Positions 18,457-28,659 of a stretch of 64,000 nt of DNA are shown here, one piece after another. Made by a program: the position numbers and the translations under genes. Location: the NCBI GenBank assembly GCA_963767165.1, contig CAVYCV010000008.1, positions 41,978 through 105,977 of the forward strand, in the 5' to 3' direction. This DNA comes from an uncultured Chloroflexia bacterium (GTDB lineage: Bacteria; Chloroflexota; Limnocylindria; Limnocylindrales; CSP1-4). The notes beneath the pieces were generated by a model that saw only the letters and a list, made by a program, of their open reading frames with translations, was not told the origin of the DNA and searched no databases. Numbering within the stretch: the stretch's first letter is position 1; each line of letters starts with the position of its first letter.

Positions 18457-19493
18457 ATGACAGGGGCAAGGATCGTGCGCGACCTCGCGACCATCAAAGC
18501 AGTGGGCCGCGTGTCCGGGTGCCTCGCTGTCGCTGCCATCACCGCCGCCCTGTCCTTTGGCGCCTGCGGCACGACGCGCCGACGACGGGCCCTGCCACGA
18601 CCGGCCCGTCGTCGGCGGCCGCGCCCGTGCAGTCTCCGGGCACGCCCTCCCCCGCACTGTCGCCGTCGGCCTCACCGGACGCGCTGGTCATCGACGATCC
18701 GGCCTACCTCGCCGGCGACGCCTTCACGGTGTCGGTCGACCAGGCGGGGACGGATTGGACCGCGCCGTCCGCAGCCCCGGTCATGCCGAACGGCGAACGG
18801 GCCGTGCGCGTCGCCTTCCTGCCCGCCTCATGCGCGACCGGCACCTTCACGATCAGGGCGGACGACGTGCCCGCCGACGCCTGGGAGACCGACCTCCAGG
18901 CGGATGGCGATCGGCACGGCTACGAGTTCATGTCCTGGCCCGCCGCTCAGCCCTCGCAGTGCGCGGACGGGCACGGGGAGGCCTACTTCCGGGTCGCCTA
19001 CCACCCGTTCACGCTCCATGGCGCGATCCACCTGGTGGCTGACATCAGGAACGTCGTCGACGCCCCGAACGCCGTCGAGGTGGTGCCGGTGTTCACGAGC
19101 GCCGACGCCACACAGCCGTCGCTCACGACCGTGGGCTTCTTCGCCCTGGAGCAGGTCCCCGGTCCAGAGAAGCGACGGAGCGCCAAGGCGAAGGAGATGG
19201 CCGCCACGGACTTCGACCGGACCACGCTCCCAGACGGGACGACGCCGACGCATTGGGGCCTCAGGTTGACCGGGTGCGGTCCGATGGGCGCCGAGCCGAT
19301 CTTCATCACCGCACAGATCGGGGACGCCGCACCTGTCGACGTCGGGACATGCTCCGATGGCAGCATCCGGGTCGAAGAGATGTCGTTGCCGCTGGCGGTG
19401 AACGGGACGCGGTTCGCGGTGCTCGTGGCGGGTGGCACGACGAAGTCGCAGGTGCGCGTATCCGAGTTCCAGTTTCGGGGCGACCGCCCCTGA
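18457..19493 (+). pseudogene. secreted/lipoprotein gene of unknown function with apparent -1 frameshift (signal peptide in frame 1, mature domain in frame 0)
   Basis: ATG 18457 encodes MTGARIVRDLATIKAVGRVSGCLAVAAITAALSFGACG (signal/lipobox-like) in one frame. The contiguous Thr/Pro/Gly linker and 300-aa domain continue in the frame of ORF 18519..19493. One missing base near 18575 would fuse them. Confidence 0.45.
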
Positions 19494-19522
19494 CCCTGCA
19501 CCCGTGACGCGGGGCGCATCGC

Positions 19523-20266
19523 TCAGGTCGTCGGTCGCACGGTGGGTGCCGGCCGGTCGAATGCGATGCCGCGATCGCGCATCGAGACGTACGCGTCGTG
19601 GCCGATGACGAGGTGGTCGAGCAGGCTGATATCGAGCAGACGGCCGGCGGCCAGCGCCTCGGCCGTCAGGTGCAGGTCGTCGGGAGAGGGCGTGGGGTCG
19701 CCTGACGGATGGTTGTGGACAAGGATCACGCTCGCGGCGTTGAGCCGGACGGCGTCGCGGAAGAGCTCGCCGACCCGGACGAGCGAGGCGCTGACGTTGC
19801 CCTGGTAGACGGTCGCCACGCGCAGCACGTGGTTCTTCGTGTCGAGCATCACGACGCGCAACTCCTCGCGTTCGAGCCGACCCATCTGCAGGATCAGCCG
19901 GTCCGCGACATCACCGGGGCCGCGGATCGACCAGCGACCCGTCGGCCAGTCCGCCAGCGAGCGTCGGCCGAGCTCGAACGCGGCGACGAGCTGGGCCGCC
20001 CGGGCCTCGCCGATCCCGGCCAGTCCCGCAAGCTCGAGGTCCGTCGCCCGCGCGAGGCCGGCCAGCCCGTCGTAACGGGCGAGGACATCCGCGGCGAGGT
20101 CCACTGCAGAGTGGCCACGCGTGCCGGAACCCCAGACGAGGGCAAGCAGCTCGGCCGCGGTGAGCCCGGCGGCACCCCGGAGGGCCAGTCGCTCGCGCGG
20201 CCGCTCGGTGGCCGGGAGCTCGCGGATCGCACGCCCGCGAACGGTCGTATCGGACGGATCGGCCAC
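19523..20266 (-). CDS. radC: RadC-family JAB/MPN domain protein (UPF0758)
   Basis: N-terminal helix-hairpin-helix region, HNHPSGDPTPSPDDL JAMM-like motif. Confidence 0.85.
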   Translation of the reverse strand: MADPSDTTVRGRAIRELPATERPRERLALRGAAGLTAAELLALVWGSGTRGHSAVDLAADVLARYDGLAGLARATDLELAGLAGIGEARAAQLVAAFELGRRSLADWPTGRWSIRGPGDVADRLILQMGRLEREELRVVMLDTKNHVLRVATVYQGNVSASLVRVGELFRDAVRLNAASVILVHNHPSGDPTPSPDDLHLTAEALAAGRLLDISLLDHLVIGHDAYVSMRDRGIAFDRPAPTVRPTT

Positions 20267-20422
20267 CCCGGCACCTCACGGGTATCGGCACGCAGCAGAG
20301 TCGGGCGTCCCCGGGCCCGAACGACGGGAGCCCGCCGATTCCCCCCGCCATCCGGACCTCGAGGACGGGGCCAGACTACCGAGAGGCACTCACCGCGGGC
20401 TCACCCACCGCTTCGCCGCCGC

Positions 20423-21433
20423 TCACTGCGGCACCGACGTCCGAACGGCAAGCTCCCCGAGGACCAGCAGGATGCCGTTGAAGGTCATGTGGAGCCCGAT
20501 CGGCGCCCAGATCGAGCCGCGACGGACGAAGAGCCAGCCGAGGGCGAGGGCGACCGGCACCCGCGTCGCGAACCCCACGATCACGAGCCCGGCCGCCTCC
20601 TGGGCGCTGCTGCCGGTCACGGTCAGGACGTGCGCGAGCGCGAACACCAACGCCGCGCGGATCACGCCCCGGCGCACGCCCAGTCCGCGGACCCAGGCGG
20701 TCGTGGCCAGGCCCCGGAAGAGCACCTCCTCGCCGACCGGGGCGATGACCGCGCCGGCCACGAACTGCAGGATGAATCCGGTCATCTCGCCGGTGGGCGG
20801 CAGCGGACTGACGGGCGTCACCGGGAAGAGCCTCAACAGGATGGCCGAGATCGGGATCGTCACGCCGATGACGACGAGTGCCCAGCCGGCGCCATGGAAG
20901 ACGTCCCACACGGTCCCGGCGTCCGGGCGACGGATGCCCATGTCCGACCAGCTGAGCGCCCCGACGTCGACGACGAGGAGTCGGATCAGGCCGATGTACA
21001 CGAGCGTCTGGACGCCGACCGAGAGAAAGCGCCCGAACGGACTGTCGACGTCCACCCCGAGTGCCACCAGGGGCAGGCTCAGGATGATGACGGCGACCAG
21101 CGACACCGGGATCGCGGCCACGAAGACAAGCAGCGGTGACGGGCCCTGATAGGCGAGCTCTCCACGCGCACGCCGCTCGATGCCCTGCGAGCCCGCGCCC
21201 GCGATCAGGCCGAACGACAACAGGACCAGCCCGGCCAGGAGGAGGATGATGGCGCCGCTGCGGTCGCCGGACATGACCCCGATGACGACGAGGCCGAAAC
21301 CGAGGAGCGTGGCCAGCCAGCCGACGACGAAGAGCGCGGGCGCCGCCCGGCCCTCGATCGTGAATGTGCCCGATCCCGGCCGCGGCGGCGGTGTCGGCTC
21401 CGGCCCGGGTCCCGCCCCGTCGGGCGAGGTCAA
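20423..21433 (-). CDS. CPBP-family intramembrane glutamic endopeptidase (CAAX protease/Abi domain)
   Basis: EEVLFRG, FALAH and HMTFN motifs in a polytopic membrane protein. Non-ATG start (probably TTG). Confidence 0.7.
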   Translation of the reverse strand: MTSPDGAGPGPEPTPPPRPGSGTFTIEGRAAPALFVVGWLATLLGFGLVVIGVMSGDRSGAIILLLAGLVLLSFGLIAGAGSQGIERRARGELAYQGPSPLLVFVAAIPVSLVAVIILSLPLVALGVDVDSPFGRFLSVGVQTLVYIGLIRLLVVDVGALSWSDMGIRRPDAGTVWDVFHGAGWALVVIGVTIPISAILLRLFPVTPVSPLPPTGEMTGFILQFVAGAVIAPVGEEVLFRGLATTAWVRGLGVRRGVIRAALVFALAHVLTVTGSSAQEAAGLVIVGFATRVPVALALGWLFVRRGSIWAPIGLHMTFNGILLVLGELAVRTSVPQ

Positions 21434-22080
21434 TTCTCTGGGAGCGGGTCCTGCGCGGGCGCCTTCCGGCTGCCGCTGCCCGCGGCCAGAGGCGTCCGGA
21501 CAGACGGGCGCATCTGCGTGGGCGCCGAGGCGTTGGCCGCGATCCGGCCGGTCGCCTCACGCCGACTCGTGACGGGCTCGATGACCGCGGCGGCGATCTC
21601 GCGCCGCTCGAAGTCCTTGCCGCACCACGCGCAGAGTGACCAGTCCATGCCGACGAGCCGGCTGCAGTTCGGACAGACGCGGTTCAACCGGGTGCGGCAG
21701 CTGGGACAGATGATCCACTCATCGTTGATGCGGCGGTCGCACCCGGGACAGTGGTGGATCGCGTCGACCTCGGCCAGCAGCGCCTCCTCCGCCAGATTGC
21801 GCTCCCAGACCTCGCCGATCTTCTCGTGCGGTCGGATGATCTTGTAGACCCAGACCGCGAGGATGAAGAAGACCGGGGTGAACAGGATGATCCCGGCGGC
21901 CGCGAGGTACGGCAGGATGACGTTGTCCGAGCGCTGCTGCATGTCGCGGAACGCCCAGTAGGCGGTCGCGAGCCAGATGACGACGAGGTAGATGCCGATC
22001 AGGCGGATGCCCAGCTGGACGATCGGGCTGCCGAAGATGCCACCGATCGTCTCGCCGATCTGGCCGAGGATCTCGTCCAT
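21430..22080 (-). CDS. membrane protein with C-terminal double zinc ribbon
   Basis: Two TM helices, then HHCPGCDRR...ICPSC...CPNC...CAWCG. Confidence 0.5.
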   Translation of the reverse strand: MDEILGQIGETIGGIFGSPIVQLGIRLIGIYLVVIWLATAYWAFRDMQQRSDNVILPYLAAAGIILFTPVFFILAVWVYKIIRPHEKIGEVWERNLAEEALLAEVDAIHHCPGCDRRINDEWIICPSCRTRLNRVCPNCSRLVGMDWSLCAWCGKDFERREIAAAVIEPVTSRREATGRIAANASAPTQMRPSVRTPLAAGSGSRKAPAQDPLPEN

Positions 22081-22247
22081 TCGCCTGGTCAGGTGCCTCC
22101 GTGCGGCGCCGAGGGGATCGATCCATCCGGCTGGGGCTGGCGGCCGGCGACGTCCGGCGCAGTGTAGCAGGGGTCGCCGGGGCCCTCGGTGGACTCTGGC
22201 GGCTTCGATTCGAGGCGGACGCGGGCGTCAAGCACGCGCCGAATCCG

Positions 22248-23207
22248 TCAGACGGGCGGTTCGTCCGCCGCGTGACGGTCGCGCCATCCGGACGTGATGC
22301 CGGCGACCGTGACCACGAGAGCGCCGACTGTCACGACCAGCGCGCCGATACCTGCTCCGAGGGGGCCGATGACATACGGCCAGACGAGGCCGAGGCAGAA
22401 GGCGCCGAGCAGGAGTCCAGCCAGACCGGACCGGATCGTCACCGGGATGCGGGTCGGCAGCACCGAGACGGCGAGGAGGGCCAGCGCCCAGAGGAACACC
22501 AGGATGTGGCCGGAGCCGGCGAGACCCCACGTGTCGAAGTACCCCGAGACGCCGGCGGCCCCGATCACGCTCCTCGACCACGGCATCAGCAGCCCGAAGG
22601 CGATGAGGCCGGAGCCGGCCGCGGTGGCGTACCCAAGCGCCTGGCCAAGCCGTGCGGAGTCCAGGGTCATCATGTCTCGGCTCGCGGCCGTGACGGGGAG
22701 CGCGGCGGCGGCGGCCGAGGCCGGCGGAGGCGTCGCCGGCGCTGTCGGGGCCGGACCTGGGGGCGTGGCTGCCGATGGCGGCAGGGTGCCGGGCGGCACG
22801 TAGCCCCACTCGGGCGGCGCCTCGGGCGCGGCACTGGCCGGATCCATCGCGACGGAACCCTCGAGCTCGGCCTGGTGGATCGAGCTCGGGGCCATCGGCG
22901 TCGCAGGACCGCGATCAAGGGACGTGGCCGCAACAGCGGCGCGCGGCTCATCGGACGATGCCGCCGGGATGGACTGGGTCTGGATGCGGGCCGGGGCCAT
23001 CGCCGACAAACCATCGGCGGGGGCGCCGCCCGGGTCGCCGCCCGGGTCGCCGGATGCGGCCTCGGGCGTATCCTCGACAGCGCTCGCCGGCGGCCGCGCC
23101 CCGCCGCCGGTCACCGACGCGAGCAGGGCCCCGCAGGCGGGACACGACAGGCGTCCGCGCGGAACGGCCTCCCCACAGTCTGGGCAGACGATCGTGCGTG
23201 CGGGCAT
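22248..23207 (-). CDS. zinc-ribbon protein with Pro/Ala-rich linker and C-terminal multi-TM domain
   Basis: N-terminal CPDCG...CPACG, PA-rich low-complexity region, 4-5 C-terminal TM helices. Confidence 0.5.
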   Translation of the reverse strand: MPARTIVCPDCGEAVPRGRLSCPACGALLASVTGGGARPPASAVEDTPEAASGDPGGDPGGAPADGLSAMAPARIQTQSIPAASSDEPRAAVAATSLDRGPATPMAPSSIHQAELEGSVAMDPASAAPEAPPEWGYVPPGTLPPSAATPPGPAPTAPATPPPASAAAAALPVTAASRDMMTLDSARLGQALGYATAAGSGLIAFGLLMPWSRSVIGAAGVSGYFDTWGLAGSGHILVFLWALALLAVSVLPTRIPVTIRSGLAGLLLGAFCLGLVWPYVIGPLGAGIGALVVTVGALVVTVAGITSGWRDRHAADEPPV

Positions 23208-23247
23208 CGGTCACCTCGAATGTCGCTCGGCGCGCGACCGGGCGTGA

Positions 23248-24285
23248 CTACAGCCTGCCAGACCCTCCTTCGGCATTCCAGTCCCCCGGACGGCGGCTGG
23301 CCGACCCCCCGAACGTCCGGTGCCCGCGCCGCGTCGCGTCGACGGTCCAGGCCGCCTGGCGCCAGGCGGCGACGACGCCCGTGAGCGCGAGTCCACCGGC
23401 CCACAGCGCGACGAACACGATCAGCATCACGGCCGCCAGGAACACATTCCGATCGACGAGCGCGGCCCGCAACCCGGCCCACGCGACCGACGCGGCCCCG
23501 CCCGCCGGGATCAGCACGAGCAGCAGGGCCGCGGCCGGGACCGCGAACAGCGCGAGCGTCCCGAGCGGGTGTCGGACCGCCTGGGTGACCGCGCCGACAA
23601 GCCCGCCCGCGATCGAGGCCCCGTCCAGGGCGATCCGTCGAGCGGCGATCCCGCCGATGATCTCGCCGATCAGCCAGACGACGATGACGACGACGATCGC
23701 ATCGGGGACAGCAGTCACGATCCTCCAGGTGATCGGCGTCGTGACATCGCTCGGCCGGGTCAGCTCCGCGTAGGTCGCGGCCACGGTCCGGGCGGACGCC
23801 CAGGTCACGGCCACGAGCAGGGGGAACAGCATGGCCATGCGCGCAGCGAGGACCCGGAGCGCCTGACGGGTCGGATCGAAGGCGTGGGACGGCGCGGCAG
23901 CGACCGTGGCGCGCCAGTCGGCCGCGGCCGGATCATCGGGGGGTGGGGCGGCCGCGGTGACGTCCTCGTCGGCGGCGACGATGTGGATGCCCTCGATCTC
24001 GAGGGTCGCCGCCAGGAATCCGCCGAACACGAGCCAGGCCAGGACGGCCGCGACGCTGAGCACGATCAGCGCCAGCAACCCGACGGACAGGCCGCCCAGC
24101 ACGAAATCGATGACCGTGGGGCCCGTCAGGTTCGCCAGCCCGGCCGGTGTCGGCAGCACGAAGATCGGGATCACGAACGCGACGATGCCTCCGCGGATGA
24201 GGAACCCCGCCAGCGCGAGGAGCCACGTCTGCGGATGCGCGAGCGTCGCGAGCAGCGACGTGACGAGGGTCCCCCCCACGGTCAC
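23248..24285 (-). CDS. polytopic membrane protein, unknown function
   Basis: GTG start overlapping the UPF0182 stop. Multiple hydrophobic helices. Confidence 0.45.
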   Translation of the reverse strand: MTVGGTLVTSLLATLAHPQTWLLALAGFLIRGGIVAFVIPIFVLPTPAGLANLTGPTVIDFVLGGLSVGLLALIVLSVAAVLAWLVFGGFLAATLEIEGIHIVAADEDVTAAAPPPDDPAAADWRATVAAAPSHAFDPTRQALRVLAARMAMLFPLLVAVTWASARTVAATYAELTRPSDVTTPITWRIVTAVPDAIVVVIVVWLIGEIIGGIAARRIALDGASIAGGLVGAVTQAVRHPLGTLALFAVPAAALLLVLIPAGGAASVAWAGLRAALVDRNVFLAAVMLIVFVALWAGGLALTGVVAAWRQAAWTVDATRRGHRTFGGSASRRPGDWNAEGGSGRL

Positions 24286-27200
24286 GGGGCCGGGCTGGCG
24301 GAGGCTCCGGGCGCCAGGCCGAGCCCAGGCGCGAGTGCATCGAGCCGGTCCAGCGCTGCCTGGACCCGCGCTATCTCCTCGCCGTACCGGGCGAAGTCAC
24401 CGTTCCGGAGGGCGGCCTGGGCCAGGTCGAAGTGGCGTTTGGCGTACGAGATCAGCCCGGGCACGTCATTCGGGAGCGGCTCGACGGGTCCACTCGACGG
24501 TGTCGGGGTCGGCGACGCTCCCGGACTCGGCGATGGCCCCGGTGTCGGCGTCGGCGTCGGTGTCGGTGTCGGCCCCGAGTTCGCCTCGGCGCGCAGCAGC
24601 AGGTCGATCGCTCCACCGAGGGTCGGAGCCCATGTGACGTTGCGCGTGGAGGCGACGACGATCCGCTGGAACTCCGGGAAGGAGACCGCGGTCGACTGGA
24701 GGTAGACCGGCTGGAGGTAGATCAGGGACTGGCCCAGCGGGACGACGATGAGGTTGCCCCGGATGACCTTGCTGCCCGACTGGTTCCACAGCGAGACCTG
24801 CTGGCTGATGATCGGGTCCTGGTCGATCCGACCCTCGATCTGGACGGGCCCGAAGACCGTCGACTCCGCGGGGAAGCGGTAGACCCGGGTCGCTCCGTAG
24901 TTCGGGGCGTCCATCCGGGCCGCGATCCAGGCGATCATGTTCGGCCGTCCGCTCGGGACCATGGGCTGCAGAAGCAGGAACTCGGCGCTGCTCTCCCCGG
25001 GCATCCGCATCACGACGTAGTAGGCCTCGGATGGCAGCGTCTGCTCGTTGGACGTGCTGGTCGGCACCGTCCAGAGGTCGTTCCCCGCGAAGAACTGCTG
25101 CGGGTCGGTCACGTGATAACGCCCGAACACCTGCGTCTGCACGTTGAACAGTTCCTCGGGGACTCGCAGGTGGTCGCGCAGGCCGGCGGGCATCTTGTCG
25201 ATCGACGTGAACAGCGTCGGGAAGACGCCCTCGTAGGCGCGGACGATCGGGTCGGTCTCGTCGGCGACGTAGAAATGCATGGTGCCGTCGTACGCGTCGA
25301 TCGTGACCTTCACGCTGTTGCGGATGTAGTTGAAGCTCGACGGCCCGAGGGCCGTGGATTCGAGGAGACGCGGGTCGAAGGACTGCGCGTTCGGGAACCG
25401 GTCCGAGGTCGTGTAGGCATCCTGCACGTAGACCAGGCGACCATCGTCGCCGACCACGAGGTACGGGTCCTTGTCGAACCGCAGGAACGGCGCGACCCGG
25501 CTGACCCTGTCCGCGAGCGATCGGTGGAAGAGGAGCTGGCTGTTCCCGGTCACCTGGTCGCTGATGAGCAGGTCGAGGTCGCGGAAGCGAAGGGCGAACA
25601 GCAGCCGCATCAGCGTGCTGTCGATCTTCACGCCGGTCGTGCCCGTCCAGCGCGTCGAGGCGCCGGATGCCGCCAATTCGTCGCCCTCGCCGGTCGGGTA
25701 GTCGAACTCGGCCTGCTTCGCGCCGACGACGACATAGTCGGACGAGCGCTCGCCGAAGTAGATCCGCGGCTCCTTGACGACCGGGGCACCCGGGACCGAC
25801 TGGGTCGGCAGGTTGCCGATGAAGATCCGGGGCTGGCCCTCGTTCGTGACCTCGTTGACCGGCACCATCGCGACGCCGATCCCGTGGGTGTAGACGATCC
25901 GCTTGTTCACCCAGCCGGTCGCGCCCGGGTTCTGGTCGAGCGCCAGCTCGCGGCCCGACAGCATGACCTGGCGCTGGACGTCGTTGATGACGTACCGGTC
26001 CGTGTCGACGTCCTCGAACGTGTAGTAGCGGCGGACGGTCTGGAGCTGGTCCAGGGTGTCCTTGAGCGGGCGGTAGTCCCAGAGCCGGGCGTTGCGGAAC
26101 GTGTCCTCCTCGCTGTCGACGAGCGCCTGGGTCACCGGCTCATTCCCGCGGAACGGCTGGTCCTGCCAGTCGCCCAGGTCGTACGCGAGACGCGTCATCG
26201 CGATGTTGTTCGCGATGAAGTGCTCCTCCTGCACGAACTGATTCGGCAGGACGGTGAAGCGCTGGATGGCCTCCGGATAGAGCCGCCCGATGACGATCGA
26301 TGCGAGGAACCAGACTCCGAGCGTCAGCCCGAGTGGCCAGATCAGCTTGGTGAGCGCACCGCCGACGAGGAACGCGGCGGCCAGCCCGGAGATGACCGTC
26401 AGGACGTCGAACGCGAAGAACTGGGCGTTCTGGTCGGTGAAGCTCACGCCCGTCGCAACGCCGCGCGTGCTGTACACGAGCTCGAACTTGTCGAGCTGGT
26501 AGCCGAACGCGACCGAGAGAAGGAACAGCCCGCCCAGCACCGCGAGGTGCATCCGGATCGGCGTGCCGAAGACGAGCCCGCCGCGGGTGGCGCCCACCAT
26601 GTAGCGCACGAGCACGACGATCAGGGTCGCGATCACCAGGCCGTTGAAGAGGCCCTGGACGAGGCGCAGGAACGGCAGCTCGAAGAGGAAGAAGCCGATG
26701 TCCTTCCCGAAGACCGGGTCGTTCACGGCCGCAGCCCCGGCCGGCGCGAATGACACCTGCTTCGCCCAGAGCATGACGGTCTCCCAGGCGCTGCCGAGCG
26801 AACCGCCGAAGGTGACCGCGAGGAAGATGGCGAAGATCGTCAGGGCAACGCCGGCCAGCGGCGTCAGGTCCGGGATGTCGTCCGCCTCGAAGATGATGGG
26901 TCGGGCCTCGCCGAACCCGCGCTGACCGCGGGTCCGACCGCCGGCCTGGGCCGCCTCGTTGAAGCGGTCGACGAGGCCACGGAGGGTGCTCGGCCCGTCA
27001 CCGGGTGGCGGGCTCAGCCGCGCGGCGAGCCAGAGGTTCCCAAGCAGGACGACCAGGGCGAGGACCAGCCCGGCCGCGAACAGCCCGACCTGAGCCCCAA
27101 GACGGGTCCAGAAGACGCCATCGAAACCGACGCTCGCGTACCACAGGGCGTCGGTCCACAGGTCGAGGCCGAAACTGAACAGGATGATGAGCGCGACGAT

Positions 27201-27500
27201 GATGGCGATCCCGACGCCGAGCCCGATCCGCCGGCCGGTCCCGCCGGTCTCGCGACCGTCGTCGGGGCCGCCCGGCGGCCGACGGCGCGGTGGACGCTCG
27301 TCCGTCTGGCGGGCCGGTCGGGCCCGGTCGATGCGCTCGGGTTCTCGATCGCGATCGGGGTCGGACCCGTTGCCTTCATCCTCGCCTTCGTCGTCGCCGG
27401 AGCCGCCTCGATCGTCGCCAGGGCCGGGTGGCGTCTCGCCCCGGACCTGCGCCTCGCGACGCCGGAGCTCCTCCATGAAGTCGTCGAACATGTCGCGCAT
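24282..27500 (-). CDS. UPF0182 family large membrane protein
   Basis: Family signature around LWTDALWYASVGFDGVFWTRL after the N-terminal TM cluster. About 1000 aa with a C-terminal (PT)n linker. The long acidic/GR-rich N-terminus may reflect an over-called start. Confidence 0.7.
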   Translation of the reverse strand: MRDMFDDFMEELRRREAQVRGETPPGPGDDRGGSGDDEGEDEGNGSDPDRDREPERIDRARPARQTDERPPRRRPPGGPDDGRETGGTGRRIGLGVGIAIIVALIILFSFGLDLWTDALWYASVGFDGVFWTRLGAQVGLFAAGLVLALVVLLGNLWLAARLSPPPGDGPSTLRGLVDRFNEAAQAGGRTRGQRGFGEARPIIFEADDIPDLTPLAGVALTIFAIFLAVTFGGSLGSAWETVMLWAKQVSFAPAGAAAVNDPVFGKDIGFFLFELPFLRLVQGLFNGLVIATLIVVLVRYMVGATRGGLVFGTPIRMHLAVLGGLFLLSVAFGYQLDKFELVYSTRGVATGVSFTDQNAQFFAFDVLTVISGLAAAFLVGGALTKLIWPLGLTLGVWFLASIVIGRLYPEAIQRFTVLPNQFVQEEHFIANNIAMTRLAYDLGDWQDQPFRGNEPVTQALVDSEEDTFRNARLWDYRPLKDTLDQLQTVRRYYTFEDVDTDRYVINDVQRQVMLSGRELALDQNPGATGWVNKRIVYTHGIGVAMVPVNEVTNEGQPRIFIGNLPTQSVPGAPVVKEPRIYFGERSSDYVVVGAKQAEFDYPTGEGDELAASGASTRWTGTTGVKIDSTLMRLLFALRFRDLDLLISDQVTGNSQLLFHRSLADRVSRVAPFLRFDKDPYLVVGDDGRLVYVQDAYTTSDRFPNAQSFDPRLLESTALGPSSFNYIRNSVKVTIDAYDGTMHFYVADETDPIVRAYEGVFPTLFTSIDKMPAGLRDHLRVPEELFNVQTQVFGRYHVTDPQQFFAGNDLWTVPTSTSNEQTLPSEAYYVVMRMPGESSAEFLLLQPMVPSGRPNMIAWIAARMDAPNYGATRVYRFPAESTVFGPVQIEGRIDQDPIISQQVSLWNQSGSKVIRGNLIVVPLGQSLIYLQPVYLQSTAVSFPEFQRIVVASTRNVTWAPTLGGAIDLLLRAEANSGPTPTPTPTPTPGPSPSPGASPTPTPSSGPVEPLPNDVPGLISYAKRHFDLAQAALRNGDFARYGEEIARVQAALDRLDALAPGLGLAPGASASPAP

Positions 27501-27550
27501 CGTCGGGCGAGTCTAGCCGGGTTCGGTGGAGAGGGAGGCCCGTCGCGCGA

Positions 27551-28009
27551 TCACGGCCGGTGCAGGCCCTCGACGCCCCGACGGAATGCGGCCAGCACGG
27601 TCTCCGCGAGCTCGTTGTCGCGCATGGTGGCCACGCGCGCCGGCTCGAATCGGAAGGCCGCGCGGATCGCCGCCGGCGCGCGCCACGGGCGGGTCGGGTC
27701 GTCTGGCGGGGCGATCCCGCCGAGTCGGAGCTGGAGCCGGCCGGCGTCTTCGAGGATGAACCCGGAGAGGGCACCGGCGACGGCCGGCCCCAGGCGCGCG
27801 AGCGGGGGATCCGGCGGGGGACCCGCAGTCGGGGCGAGATCGCGGAAGCTCACGACGCCCTCGTCGTCGGTGACCCACAGCATCGTCAGCCACCAGCCGT
27901 CCGGGGCGTCGGAAGGCCGGGCTATGCCGGCTCGATAGGTGCGGTCGCCGACTCGAACCTCGTGCTCGCGCAGGAACGAGGGTCCGGGCGACGGAAGGCG
28001 TTCGGGCAC
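27551..28009 (-). CDS. hypothetical protein
   Basis: ORF in operon orientation with its neighbours. No recognisable motif. Confidence 0.3.
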   Translation of the reverse strand: MPERLPSPGPSFLREHEVRVGDRTYRAGIARPSDAPDGWWLTMLWVTDDEGVVSFRDLAPTAGPPPDPPLARLGPAVAGALSGFILEDAGRLQLRLGGIAPPDDPTRPWRAPAAIRAAFRFEPARVATMRDNELAETVLAAFRRGVEGLHRP

Positions 28010-28034
28010 GGCCGCAGGATAGCGGCCGCGCAGG

Positions 28035-28574
28035 TCAGGCGGGCGTCTCGCCCTCGGGCCGGGCGACGGGCACGGACCCGTCTCCGGCCGCCGCCTCGGC
28101 GGCAGCGCTATCGCCGGCTTCGCCCGCTGGCACCAGATGCATCAATCCGGCCGCCTGGGCGAGGTCGGGCGGGATGTCCAACTTGCGGCCTTCGGCGGCC
28201 GCCTCCGAGAGGAGCGCGTCCGCTTCCGCCTGCATCTCCGCGAGGTCGCGCTCGATCTCGAGCTTGAGCATCTCGCGCCGGACCTCGAGGTCCGGGAAGG
28301 CGACGGCCTTGGAGTCGCCGGGCCGGTAGACCTCCTGGTCATCGGAGTCGCCGCTCAGCCACGAGAGCAGCCGGCTGCGCTGCTTGGGCGGGTTCTTCGA
28401 CCGGATGATCGCCTCGGCGTCGATCGCGGTCAGACCGGGCATCTGGTCCGCGACCTCGCCGCGCAACGCGGCACCGCAGGACGGGCAGGTTTCAGTATCG
28501 GCAGCTGAGAGCGGCGCGGAGCACCACGGACAGACCGGCGCGATCGCGTCGTCGGTGTTGGAAGGTTCGACCAT
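28035..28574 (-). CDS. zinc-ribbon domain protein (CPWC...CPSC) with coiled-coil C-terminus
   Basis: N-terminal Cys4 ribbon. Charged helical region. Confidence 0.45.
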   Translation of the reverse strand: MVEPSNTDDAIAPVCPWCSAPLSAADTETCPSCGAALRGEVADQMPGLTAIDAEAIIRSKNPPKQRSRLLSWLSGDSDDQEVYRPGDSKAVAFPDLEVRREMLKLEIERDLAEMQAEADALLSEAAAEGRKLDIPPDLAQAAGLMHLVPAGEAGDSAAAEAAAGDGSVPVARPEGETPA

Positions 28575-28659
28575 GGGCGAATGCTACCGCGTGGGGATAG
28601 GCCGGGAATACCCCACAGGTCATGGGTGGGACGAACCCTAGCGGGCTACTTTCGGCGGG

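Noticed and set aside
28575-28659. tRNA-like appearance (GTGGGGATAGGCCGGGAATACCCCAC)
   Set aside because: Only a single imperfect stem-loop. No cloverleaf arms, no anticodon stem, and far too short for a tRNA.
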